From the human T2T-CHM13v2.0 reference genome, Homo sapiens: a stretch of DNA of 64,000 bases. This document shows positions 28,868 to 41,880 of this stretch, one piece after another. Each line of letters begins with the position of its first letter. The stretch's first letter is position 1. The notes under the pieces are model-generated. The model saw only the letters and a list, made by a program, of their open reading frames with translations, was not told the origin of the DNA and ran no database searches. Location of the stretch: assembly GCF_009914755.1 (NCBI RefSeq), contig NC_060925.1; one strand, written 5' to 3'. A program made the position numbers and the translations under genes.

Positions 28868-30475
28868 AGAACCAGAACATGAGCTTGTTTTGGCTGCTCC
28901 TTGCAGCTTTTAGCAAGCGAGACAAGAAAGAGATGAGCTCAGGCAAGACTTTTTGCAAGTACGTAAGCAAAGGTGGAAAGGAATGGACAGTGTCCAGAAA
29001 CGGAGGGCCTTGGAGAATCAGAAAAGTCAATTGCCCGTGTAGCTCCAAAGAGTAGAAAATAGTATTACCACTTGCAGCCTATCTCAAAGACCTCTCAGTA
29101 AACTGTTGCAAGGGACAATGCCAGGCAGGTCTGTAGTAATGATCAGAGTATGGGTGCATCTTCCCATCCAAGTCCATGCTGCAGAGGACCTCAGAGTACA
29201 CACTACTGAAGAGAGGCAGAGAGATGAGCCAAGCATGCAAGCTGGAAAATAAGTCATGCTTAAGAGCTTGACCCAGAGTGGGATTTGGATGCGGTAACTG
29301 ACCTGTGGAACTGACTAGCAGTCTATCAAGTTTATAAGGAATTGTAGTACCAGGGAAGCCACAGTTTGGCCCAGAAAGGCCCACGTTCATTCTCCCCCAA
29401 GGAGTACACACTTTCCACACCCTTCAAATGTGGCCACAGAGGGTACAGAAGAAGGAAGGACTTCCCAGGGGACAAAGACAAAGTCAAGGCTTCTGGGAGG
29501 CCCCACCCAGAGAGGGGAAGCATGGACCAACCATGGAACTGACTCCACTGCCAGGGCAGGGAGGTCTTAATAATTCCTGCCCAGCAGGGTTTCGTCATTT
29601 TTAGGCCCCTGTTACTTGTCTTCAATTCTTCTGAATGGGAAGTTTTATGGTGGTTTTCTTGTTTCTACTTGTCCACTGAATAGTGGATGTTTGTCAGAAC
29701 AAAGAACAGAAAGGACATTTTAGAGTGAGTATTTAAAACAGAGGTTAGAGAAGGGATAGCCAGACCTGTGGAGTTCTGGGGTCACCTGCACGCTGAAGGA
29801 AAGCATGGCAGGTTGTGAGGCATGGTAGGGGCAGGATGGTGAGGGGAGGGAAGGGGAGGGGAAGCTTCAGAATCAGCTGGACCTGGGTCAGATGCAGGCG
29901 CATCACTTTTAGCAGTGGCTCTCACCTGGCACACTGCTGATCTGGCCAGAACCTTTTCCTTCTCTAAAACTGGCATAATCATGACAACTGTGTAGGATTG
30001 TTGGATGGACTAAATTAAAGCAATTATTTCTATAGTGCTTAAGGAAATGCTTAGTACACAGGATGCACTCAATAAATGGCAGACAGCACTTCCCAAGAAG
30101 GTTAGATAACTCAAAATTTCTAAAAAGTTTGGTGAAACATACAACTGGCATTCTGGGAGATTAACTGTTCATGCTCTAACACCTCAATTTAACAAGGAAT
30201 GGTGACAAAATCATCCTGTAACTACACTAAAATAACTACAGTCCAAGAAAGAATGTCCCCCTGCCTGAGTATGGGCTCAGTGCTGCAGTGACTAAGCTTA
30301 AGACAGTACCACATTCACTCTGCTGTAGCTTGAAACAAAGCAGGGAGGCAGGATTGGAAAGGGGGAAGAGGAGGGAGAGGAGAAGAGAGGCAATGCAGTA
30401 CAGCAGAAGAACACAGGATTTAGGTCCAAACACTAGCAGATAAGCAGGTGAGCTGAGTATTTAAAGAGCATGGCC

Positions 30476-31480
30476 CCCACAGCTAACATCATACTCAATG
30501 GTGAAAAACTGAAAGCTTTTGCTCCAAGATGAGGAACAAAGCAAGGATGCCCACTCTTATCACTGCTATTCGACATAGTATTGGAAGTCCCAGCCACAGC
30601 AATTAGGCAAGAAAAATAAATAAAAGTCATACAGATTGGAAACAAAGAAGTAAAATTATCTCCGTTCATCAACAACATGATCTTATATGAAGAAATCACC
30701 AAAGATGCCACCAAAACACCCATTAGAACTAATAAACTAATTCAGTAAAGTTGCAGGATACAAAATGCACATACAAAAATCAGTTGCATTTATTTCTATG
30801 CACTAACAACAAACAATCCAAAAAAGGAAATTATGAAAACAATTAAATTCACAATAGTATTAAAAAGAATAAAACCCTGAGAAATAAACTTAATCAGAAA
30901 GGCAAAAGACTTATACACTGAAAACTATAAAACACTGATAAGGAAATTTTTAAAGACACAAATAGAGGTAAATACATTTCATGTTCATGAATCAGAAGAC
31001 TTAATACTGTGAAAATGTCCATACTACCCAAAGCAATCTATAGATTCAATGCAATCCCTACAAAAATCTGAATGGCATTTTTTACAGAAATATTAAAAAA
31101 TCCTAAAATTCATCTGGAACTACAAAGGACCCTGAATAGCTAAAACAATCATAAGAAAGAAGAACAAAGCTGGAGGCCTCACATTTCCTGATTTTAAAAC
31201 ATACTACAAAGCTATGTATGGTAGTATGGTACTGGCATAAAGTCCAACATATAGACCAGTGGAAAAGACTAGAGAGCCCAAAAATAAACCCACACATACA
31301 TAATCAACGGATCTTTGACAAGGGTGCCAAGAATTCACAATGGAGAAAAGATAGTCTCTTCAACAAATGGTGCTATACATATGTAACAAACCTGCACGTT
31401 GTGCACATGTACCCTAGAACTTAAAGTAGAATAATAAAAAAAAATGGTGCTAGAAAAAAATAGATATTCACATGCAAAAG
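30476..31480 (+). mobile_element. Old L1 ORF2 fragment (RT/C-terminal region), decayed
   Basis: cccacagctaacatcatactcaatggtgaaaaactgaaagc...; the residual ORF at 31218-31424 (VWYWHK..HIDQW..) is ORF2p-like. Confidence 0.92.
31376..31441 (+). mobile_element. Extremely 5'-truncated L1PA 3' end nested in the older L1
   Basis: tacatatgtaacaaacctgcacgttgtgcacatgtaccctagaacttaaag plus A tail; perfect TSD aaatggtgcta. Confidence 0.9.
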
Positions 31481-32491
31481 GGCATGGCCCTGGAGATAGC
31501 CAGACTGAGTTTAAAGCCTTGCTTACCAACAAGTTAGTTATCTTCTCTATCTTAATTTCCTCATCTACAAAACGGGGATAATAAAGGTAACTTCCTCCTA
31601 AGGCTGTTAGGAGATTTAAAGGTGCTTAGACTAGCCCCTAACAAACAGTTCTAATTTAATTATTGTTATTATCAGTGGGATCTGAGAAATGGAGCCTCGA
31701 TTTCCTTTTTTGTAAAAGGGAGATAAGATCTAACTTGTCAGGTTAGTGGGACAAAGTGAATGACGTAGCAAATGTAAAGCCCCAGTCCACTTCAAGGTCT
31801 AGAGGAGTCAGAGAAAGTCCACTGAGCTCCACGGTGAGCTTGTTCCCAAAAGGCTGGGGAAAAGGGACCCCAACAGAGAATATTGGGAAGAGGAGACCAA
31901 AGGAAGAATCCTTTCCCTCACACTGGGTGGGTCACCACAATAACACCCTAAAGCCAAAGCCTTCTCTCTTCTACCAATCTAGTCAGAGAGTCACTAGCTG
32001 GTGTTTTTCATTACCTTTTAGTCCCAGAGTCCCAGATGAATGTGTACAATCAGGAAAGAGGGGTTTAGCCAGCTGGGTTGAAAACCTAATGTTTAACATT
32101 CTTACTATGTTACCACACTTCCTCTAAACCACTCCTTCAGGATCTTGGAGTAATCCACCAAAACACATTCACTGATATACTAGTGAACAAATTTCAAAGT
32201 TTACATCTCTTTCCCCATTTGATCCCACAGTGAGATGGGCAGTGCAGCATTCTCCATTTTACAGAGAAGAAATGTAGAAATTGGGGACTGATTCACCCTG
32301 ACCAGCCCTCATCCTTCTGGCCCAGGGATTTTTTTGTTTTTTTTTTTTTTAAACAATACTGACCACTGGAGCCTCTTTTTGGAAGCAGTCTCTGCCACCT
32401 GACCCCCAGAGAAATGTAAGACGTAGATTTGTTCTCCATAATGACATTAATGCCTTTTGCAAACATTTACTGAATCTAGAAGAAATATAAT

Positions 32492-33041
32492 TGCAGAAAG
32501 TAAAAAGTTTCCTCTTCAAAGTTTCCCTTCTTGTTAAATAATAAATCATAAATGTTAGAAATAATAGTTTCTTTTAAAATTTTTCTTCAAGCCTCCTTGC
32601 TTTGTGCTAATAACTCTTTGTTAAGCATGTAGCTGTTGGACATGCTCACAGGCATGTTCCAGCTCACAGCCTATGCCCCTTTCTTATTTGGAAATGTTAT
32701 TACTTCTTTAAATTTTTCAAAAGCAACTTCCTCTTTTCCTTTGTTCTCCCTTGCCTTTACCTATCTAAAAAAGTTTTAGGCTCTTAGCAAATCGGGTATC
32801 AGTTTAGACTGTGAGGTTCGGCTCCAGCCAGTGGATGCAGGACACAGCAGTGAGGACAACCCAAATGTGTAAGGGATAAATATGTCTGCTTTTCCTTTGT
32901 TTGGTGTACTCTCGTGGCAAGACTGCTGGTGAGTATACCCTTTCCGCAGAAAGTAAAAATTGCCTTGCTGAGAGAATTAAATTTATGTTCAAGCGCTATT
33001 TCTTTGTGGCACCGGGGAACAAGCATTTTGCATTTCTAACA
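32492..33041 (+). mobile_element. ERV1 solo LTR, LTR10-family-like (HERV-I group)
   Basis: TG...CA ends, 4-bp TSD TAAT, and a 5' sequence aaagtttcctcttcaaagtttcccttcttgttaaa that I recall from LTR10. Confidence 0.8.
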
Positions 33042-33660
33042 TAATGATTGTGGTAAATGTCAATAAAAATCTTGAAGCACATCTCTCCTTAGAGTTTTTG
33101 GTAAGAGTTTATGGAGGAAAATCTATATAATCAAATGAAAATATCACAGTAAAACTCTAAATGCATCATAGAAATTAGCAACCATTAGTCAGTTTGCCTG
33201 TTTCAGAGAAAGCTCAGAAGAAACTCAGTTTACCTCTACAATGTTAAATGACGTTAACACCTTCTCCTAAAGCATTTTACTTTCCCCATCAACAAAACAG
33301 AGTATATCAGCTGAAATAGGCCACAGACCTCATTGTCTGTCTGTACGAAACTGGGGCAAAAATGAACTCAGAAAGACAAGTAATAACCTGGTAGCAATCC
33401 ATGGAAAGTTAACCTTGCTGACATTCCTCTTCACTTCCCTCTGTTGGATGTTCCTGGAATTTGCATTTGTGGAAAGTTGCATACTTGCAGTGAACAAGTT
33501 CCACTGGTCCTGTTGTAGTGGATTCCACCTAACCTTTTATTCCTCTCATCCCTGTCCAGCTAACGTTCTCTCACTGTTCAGCATATGTAAGTCAAAGACA
33601 GAAGTGCATGAAGACATGTGTAAAGATGCAAAATTCCCCCAGGAAACTCATTATCTAGAG

Positions 33661-33873
33661 CAGCCAGGGCCAATCCTCTCCTCCTCCCAGGGATTCCTAG
33701 CAATATCTGGAGACATCTGCATCAGTCATGACTTGGGGGAGGGGGGTACTATTGGCATCTACTGGGCAGAGGCCAGGAATGCTGCTGCACACGCTACAAT
33801 GCACAGGCCAGCTCTCCACAACAGAGAAGTATCCGGTCCAAAATGTCAGTGGTGCTAAGGTTGAGAAATCCTG
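33661..33873 (+). mobile_element. MER20 hAT-Charlie DNA transposon
   Basis: gcaatatctggagaca...ggcatctactgggcagaggccaggaatgctgct...gctaaggttgagaaatcctg; 8-bp TSD atctagag / acctagag. Confidence 0.88.
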
Positions 33874-34726
33874 ACCTAGAGGGTGAGATGAGACATATAA
33901 TACAGGGTTAAGTGTGGCAGAGCTGTAATAGAGCTAAAACTGGAGTGCTATCAGATTGATAACATTTAAACAAGCGGCTATTACTTGCCAACAAGTGTTG
34001 GCAAGAATGTGGGGAAAATAGTACCCTCATAACATGTTGGTGAGAATGTAAACTGATAGAACTTTGGGGGAAGGCAATTTGGCAATATCTAATGAGACTT
34101 TAAAATATATACACTATTCCTCTTTGCTTTCCTTCCATTCCTATTTTCTTTCTTCCTTTCCCTTCTCTTTTCTTCCTTCCCCAGAACACAGCAATCAGCA
34201 TGTAGCTGGGAATGCAACGTGAGGCTGTGGAGTTTGGGGAGGTACATAGAGACATGAGCTATGGCTGGGAAGAGCTGTGAGCTAGAGGGACTGGAGACTG
34301 ATGATTAAGCTACATAGAGACACAGGCTAGCAGGCCTGGCAGCCGAGGACAAGAGGCAGTGGCAAAGGTGGTGGACACAGAGGAGGCAGGATGACCTTCA
34401 CATTTGTAAGACTGGTTACTGTATGCAAATAAGCAAAAATATTGAAGATAATGAGAGTCAGGTTTTCTAACTGCCAGAGAAGATATGTACAAACATATAA
34501 AGGGGGAAGAACAGAAAGCTCTTTGGGTGTTAGATTGAAATTGTAGGTATAAGTATGAATCATGATTTTATAATACACAGCCTAATATAGAAAAATTTAT
34601 AAATGTGTGTACACTTATACACATATATTTCCTAGCTCTGTCCTCTGAGAGATCTAGAAGCAATAATACCCCAGTAACAATGGGCACATCAACCTCCTAT
34701 GTATTGGTGTCTAAATACAATTCTCA

Positions 34727-35350
34727 TATTGCATATTAGATCTCAAGACTTATTCATCCTACATAACTGCAACTTCGTACCTTTTAATCTACATCTTCTG
34801 TTTTTCCCTGTTTCCACTAATGTACAACACAAGGACTACAGTTACTAATACTGTATTGAGGCTGAGCATGGTAGCTCATACCTGTAATCCCAGCACCTGG
34901 GATGCCAAGGCAGGAGGATGATTCAAGGCTGGAGTTGGAGGCCAGCCTGGGCAACACAGCAAGACCCCTCCTCTAAAAAATATTTTTTAAATTAGCCGGG
35001 AATGGTGGTGAGCACCTGGAGTCCTAGCTACTTGGGAGGCTGAGATAGGAGGACTGCTCAAACCTAGGAGTTAGAGGCTGCAGTGAACTATGATCACGCC
35101 ACTGCACTCCAGCCTGTAGTACAGAGCAAGACCCTGTCTCTAAAAAAATTAAAATTAATAAATATTGTATTCTGCTAATTTGCCAAGAGAGTAGATTTTA
35201 GGTACTCTTATCACAAACACAAGAAAGGTAACTATGATGGGCATGTCAATTTGCTTGACTGTAGTAATTACTTCATTACATCTATGTTTATCAAGATAAA
35301 TACATGAAAATATCATGTTGTATGCCTTAAATATATAAAATATAAATAAG
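34727..35350 (+). mobile_element. L1MA-like 3' end with an inverted 5' segment
   Basis: 34727-34816 is the reverse complement of the L1MA segment that normally precedes the forward piece starting at 34817. Confidence 0.7.
34860..35157 (+). mobile_element. Alu (AluJ-like)
   Basis: Dimeric Alu; TSD taata(c/t)tgtatt. Confidence 0.94.
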
Positions 35351-35637
35351 ACAAAAGTACCATTCTCTACTAAAAGGGAGGCCTAACTAGGTCAAGGAAA
35401 GTAGAAGATGAGTCCAGATGATCTGGTGGAGCCAGAAAATAAAGAAATGCTCAATGAATAATAGGGATGTGTTAAAAGGACACAGGAGGCAGCTCCAAGG
35501 GGTCCCCATTGGCCAAATTGAGCACAATTTGAGCATTAAAATAAAAAACAATCGTGAGACTTCAACTTATTGAATACATAAGGAATCCATGAACAGTTCT
35601 TAGTAAAAACATAACAGAAAAATAAAGTTCTTCCTTA

Positions 35638-36008
<371 letters not shown>

Positions 36009-36743
36009 TCACCATTTGGCAACATTCATAGAGGTGGCTGATTCAGGCAGACGTCATCAATAAATGGTAGTTTCTGTAGGTACAGGTTTAATGAGGAACA
36101 GGCTATTTGCATAACCCTAGAATAGTTCCCCACAAACACTAGTACAAAGGTGTTTTCAAACACCTTTGGGGAAACAAAGGGAAACGAAGGAAAAATGGCG
36201 AATTTAAGGTGAAGAAATCTGGCAAACACCAACATAACCAGGTGATTGAGGTCAATATCCCAGCAGTGGGATGGGTTGGCACCATGTGCCTTCTGTTGTA
36301 AGAAGCTAAGAAGAGCTGAGTTTCATTTCTGAAGGATTCCTGCCAAGAATGCATGACCTCAGTCAGGCTGTGAAGAAATACCCAATACAGCCAGGTTGGG
36401 AGTCATCCTACAGCATGTAGGACCTATACAACTGCAAACACTTTAGGAACAGGGAAAGTCTGAGGAACCGTTCCAGAAGAGACATGGTAACTAAATGTAA
36501 CATGAATCCTAGATCAGACAGGTAGAAGAGACATTTGGGGGATAACTGACGAAATAGGAATGGGCTCTGTGGATTGGATGATAGTGTTTTGTATCAATGT
36601 CCATTTCCTGATTTGATGGGTGTACGCTGGTTATATAGGAGGACAGAGTGCTTGCTTTTTTTTTTATGCTGGAGTGTTTTCAAGAGTGATGGAGAATAAT
36701 GTCTATGACTTCCTCTCAGAATAAAGACTGATGATGTATATTT

Positions 36744-36754
36744 TATATATATAT

Positions 36755-36787
<33 letters not shown>

Positions 36788-36833
36788 GAGAGGCAGAGAC
36801 AGAGAGAAGGAGGGAGGGAGAGAGAGGGAGAGA
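36744..36833. repeat. Compound (TA)n(CA)n(GA)n microsatellite
   Basis: tatatatatatatacatacatacacacacac...agagagaggcagagacagagag. Confidence 0.9.
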
Positions 36834-39004
36834 TTGAGATTTCAAACCTAATGCCATGGAGACATAGAAAAAGATTATACTACTTATTTTCTCTTCACCA
36901 GACCCATGTGATAGTTTTTGTCCAGAGAAAGGCCTTCCTTACCCCCATTCGACGAACTGACTTACTAAAAATCAAACAGGGCAGGAGGTAAATGATTCAC
37001 TGATGTGCTCCCAATAAATTCTATACTTGATCCCTTGCTTTGGTTTTCTATAACTAGTCACTGCCAATGGCTTTGAGTCTTAACTCTGGCTTTCTACCTC
37101 CTTAGGGAGTGAATGCTGCTGATAGACTCCGCTGCCTATCTTTGAATTACATGGTCTGAGTCTGTCTGGGGGCAGCTCCAGAATTTCTACAGAGGATGTG
37201 CTTCGGGATAGCTTGGCTTAAAAGGGGAGACCAGGGGCTTGCCTTAAAGCTGCATTTATAAAGCAAATACACTGCTTTTATTTAGACCGCATGTTTGCTT
37301 GGAAGGCCTTTGGACCAAATAGTGCACTTATGGAGGGGCTAATGTGCCCTCCAACCCAGCCCTGCCACCTGCCAAGCCATCCCTTGATAACTGGTCAATC
37401 TGCACATGGGTGAGTCAAGGCCAGGGCTAGTAGAAGCTCAAGCTTAATGTCCCAGGGAACAATGTAGACACAGGACTAGCTGATAAGTAATTAGAGGGGT
37501 TGATGAACATCCTCAGGAAGGGGTGGGGCAGGCTGTGCTGGGCAGGTTGCTTTCCACAGTGACACCCAGTCTGGCCCAGCCTGAGGTGTACAAATGATTC
37601 ACATCTGAGGAGGGGTGACAGAATCATGGGAGTAGGGCAGTATCAGGGGTCATGGGCAAGGGAGGAGTTCAAGGTTGTAGATACACAGGACAAGAGGCCA
37701 GCCAAGGAAGAGGAATAAAGAGGAGGACATAAGACTGGGGGTGATGAAGAGAGGGGTGGGTATAACCCAGGATGTCAGAACCTTCCTCTCAATGGTACTA
37801 AATCCCCTCCCCCACCCCCCAGCTGGCTTGCCAGGACAGGTAGAGAGCAACAAATATCTTTCAGACTGAATTAAGTAATTAGCTTAATTTGGGAGTGGGG
37901 GAGCAATGCCTTCGGTCAGTTTAGAACTTTGCAGAGTAAACTAGAGACCCAAGTCAGCAAGAAGGCACAGGGGAGTGAGGATGGTATAGGTGGACCCAAT
38001 ACATTGTCCAACATTGTCATCAGCACCCTCCTCCTGACCTGTGGGATGGGTGGTGGCCAGCTGTTTGTGTTTGTCCACTAAGAACTGAGATGCGCAGACA
38101 GTACAGGTAATTCCAACATGAAATTAAAGCTTCTTTGGAACTTTGCCCTATGCCTTCGATCATGTAGTGTTGGGTAACCTCAGTCCTGAAATTTAACTTC
38201 CTCTCATATTCCCCACAGAGCAGTTTCTCAACCTTTGATGCTATTTCCTCCTCGAAGTCCAGTATGATGTCAGAGGACGGGAGAGAGGAATATGGAAGAA
38301 CTGCAGCAGTGCCCCCTTAGCACTCAAAACATGCTTGTGGAGATACTGCCAACCCCCAATAGCCAGAGCTGAGTGGGCCTGCCTGGGGTGGCCCACATCT
38401 GGATGTCCTGCCTCTTTAATTCCAATGTTTATGCACTCTTCACAGGGTACAAAGCTCTTTCACGTACATAAGTTAATGGAACCCATTAACAATCCATGTA
38501 GACAGGTAGAAAAGTAATTATTATCCCCACTATATAAATGAAAAAAACTTAAACATGACAATCTATTCAGGGTCACAAGAACTCACAAAAGTGGGACTAG
38601 GATTCAAAGACAGAACCCTGTGCTCCAAGTACCTCTAGTCCACCGTTTGTAAAAGCACAAAGTCTCTGCACTTATGCAGATAGCTCCCCAGCCCCATCAC
38701 CACCTCTGCCATCCACAGCAGGACTGAGTTCCAGGTGACTCCTCCACAAATACAGAATCCAGGATGAGGAACAAAGGATCATCAAGGCCGGAAAGGGGGA
38801 GGCTCAGTACCTGCAGGAGGAATGACGAAGGGAGGAACAAAAGGCCCATGGCAAGAAAAGAGAAAGCAAGTAAGAAAAGTGTGTATAACATCTCTAAGTC
38901 ATCTAAGGCTTAGAAATCTTTGCACTTTTACCAGAATATACATTTGCACCCATGTTTACACAAGTGTTAATACTTAAATTTTTATCTAGGAGGAAAAGAG
39001 GGCA

Positions 39005-39200
39005 ACCAGCATTTAAGGAGTACTTCCTGTATATGAGAGACCATGCTCAGTGCTTTCTCTTTTAATCTTGGGAGATGGATATAATCTTCATTTTTACAGA
39101 TGAGGAAATTAAGACTTAGAGAGGTGAAGCTATGTGCCCAAGGTCACAAAGCTTGGACTGGAACAAAAGCTGGTCTGACTGCAAAGCCTTGGTCTTCCAT
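39005..39200 (-). mobile_element. MIR SINE
   Basis: tttttacagatgaggaaattaagacttagagaggtgaag...cccaaggtcaca core. Confidence 0.75.
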
Positions 39201-40535
39201 TTATACTGCATTAATAATGCCTTGGGCCTGGTCTCTGCCATCTAGAATCCTGCAAACAGACTTAACCACTCTGTTGGGTATAATCACAGGCCAGAAAGCA
39301 TTTGAACTAATGTATACTCCAAGGAGAATGGCTAATGGGTAATCTGAGTTACAGTAATTCCCATTTGAGTTATAGTGATTCCCCTTGCCCCAGCCCAAAG
39401 AAATAAGAGGCGGGTCTTAAGTTATCACGCACTGCTGCTCCTCAGCAGCAGGCTGAGAAACTTGGGGGAGAAGCAGCCAGCCTTAGGCATGTGTGTATAA
39501 GTGATGTTGAGAGTGTGTGTCTGGGTGCTGCCTGGCTACAATGCTGTGTGTGCATTTCTTCCACTGTGCACGTGTGTTTCTGAAAAATGAGATGGAGAGT
39601 TAACATGCTGTAGTTTCTTAAACAGATTCCGGTGAACACACATGAAAAACAATCTCATACTTTAATGTTTTAAATTCAGTCTCCATTCATAGAAAACATA
39701 TGCAGGCCTGTTCTAACAAATATCTTGCAGAACAGCAAGATATCTAAAATAGGTCTGATCTGATAAAAAAAAAAAGAGTGGTAGTTGATAAATGCAATTG
39801 AAAGGTTTAGACAAGAGGAGTGTCATATGTAATTAAATCAAAACCTCAAAGTTTCAAATTCTAAAGACAAAGAAAAAATTTTTGCCAAAATGACCTATTT
39901 TCTTAGTTATATGATAGTGACAATCAATGTAAGTGTTGTCCAAATAGTTAGACGTCCAGATCTCCACAGGATAACTAGGTCCTTGCTGTCTCAAGGCACA
40001 AGAGACAACTCTGGAAGCTTATCTCAAGTACACAACTCTGACTGGCAGGGTTTGCTCGCTCGTCTTTTTAGTATAGTCCAGTTTGTTTAGACAAGCCTGG
40101 GGTTAACAGAGCCAAGGTGTGTGTTTCTAACCGTATCACTTCTGTCCCAAAAAGAGGAAAACTCTGTTTACTGGACTCAGGCCACTAAATATCAGATCCA
40201 CTGCCCATGGAAAGCAGGGTTAGCAACTGTTGATGGATCAATGGAAAATCCAGCAACTCTTCTCAGCGATACAAAAGTCCATGCATTAATGAAACGTTGT
40301 GCGGTACATGGAATTTGTAAAGAGGAGATTGATTGTCTGTCTGTAATTGACATTTACTTTATTCTCTGATACAGACTAAGTTGGAACCGTGAGAAAGCCC
40401 TTTATTTCTAAACGGCATCTCAAGACCAGGTAATGCTACTTTCGGAGGAAAAGGAGGAAGAAAAGCGTTGTAATGACAATAACAAATTACGGGGGAAACA
40501 TTTCGTGGAAATTACTCAGTTTAAAAAACTGACCT

Positions 40536-41031
<496 letters not shown>

Positions 41032-41623
41032 CTACAGAACAAAAGCACTTTTGTCTCGTGGTGGTGAGGGGGCATACCCTGAACAAACAACCCCGACAGT
41101 GTTGCTAGTTACTAGTTCCCGAATCTCTAGAAGCCTGCACATGGTTCAAGCTGTTCCCCAGCGGACACAGCACAGTACCAGATGTAACTGGAGGCTGAAA
41201 AATGTTATATCCCTAGGCTTCACGAGAGAACCCCAGTTTCCTAATCACCATCGATGGCAATGAGACTGAGTTTGGAAAGAACCACGTGTGCAAAGGCAGA
41301 CGCAACCCGTGCGGCGCTCTCCTGGCCTCTGCGCCCAGCCCGCCAGCCCTCAGCAGCGGACGCAACGCCGATTTTGCATCTAGATTGCTTTTTGCTCCTA
41401 GCGGGGAAAAAGGTGGGAAAAGAGCAAGTTGTGCCATACACCCGCCGGGAGAGTCTTGTCCCGGGGTTTGGAGTGGGTCTGGAGCCCAGGCTTGCACGCC
41501 AGGCAACCCCGAAAAGCCGCAGGCTAGAGCCCTGCAGGCGCCGCTGCGCCCCGGCCTCCCCACGACGCACGCCCTGGTGACTGCGGCTCGGGGTACCCTC
41601 CCTGCGCCCGGACCCTCACTCAC

Positions 41624-41815
41624 CGCTCACGTTCACCCGCGCCGCCGAGCCCGGGAGCGGGGGCCCCTGCGGCTGCCGCATGCCCTCGGGGTCGAGCGCG
41701 ACGGGGCGACCGGGCGCCGGGCTCCAGCCGGGCGCGGAGAAGCAGCGGAGGACGCGGCGGGCGGGCGGAGCGCCTCCTCTCCAGCGACCCCTGCGACGCG
41801 TCCAGAGCCAAAGGA
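41624..41815 (-). other. LPAR3: LPAR3 non-coding exon 1 (5' end approximate)
   Basis: Strong donor GCG|GTGAGT (GT at 41623-41622) inside the only CpG island. The TSS is inferred to lie just downstream of the tandem GC boxes and is not directly visible. Confidence 0.7.
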
Positions 41816-41853
41816 AAGTTTGGCGGTGCGAGGGAGGGACCTAGGGACAGCGG

Positions 41854-41880
41854 CCCCTCCCTGCCCCGCCCCGCCCCGCC
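41854..41880 (-). promoter_or_regulatory. Tandem GC boxes (Sp/KLF sites)
   Basis: Minus strand reads GGCGGGGCGGGGCGGGGCAGGGAGGGG, immediately upstream of the inferred exon 1. Confidence 0.75.
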
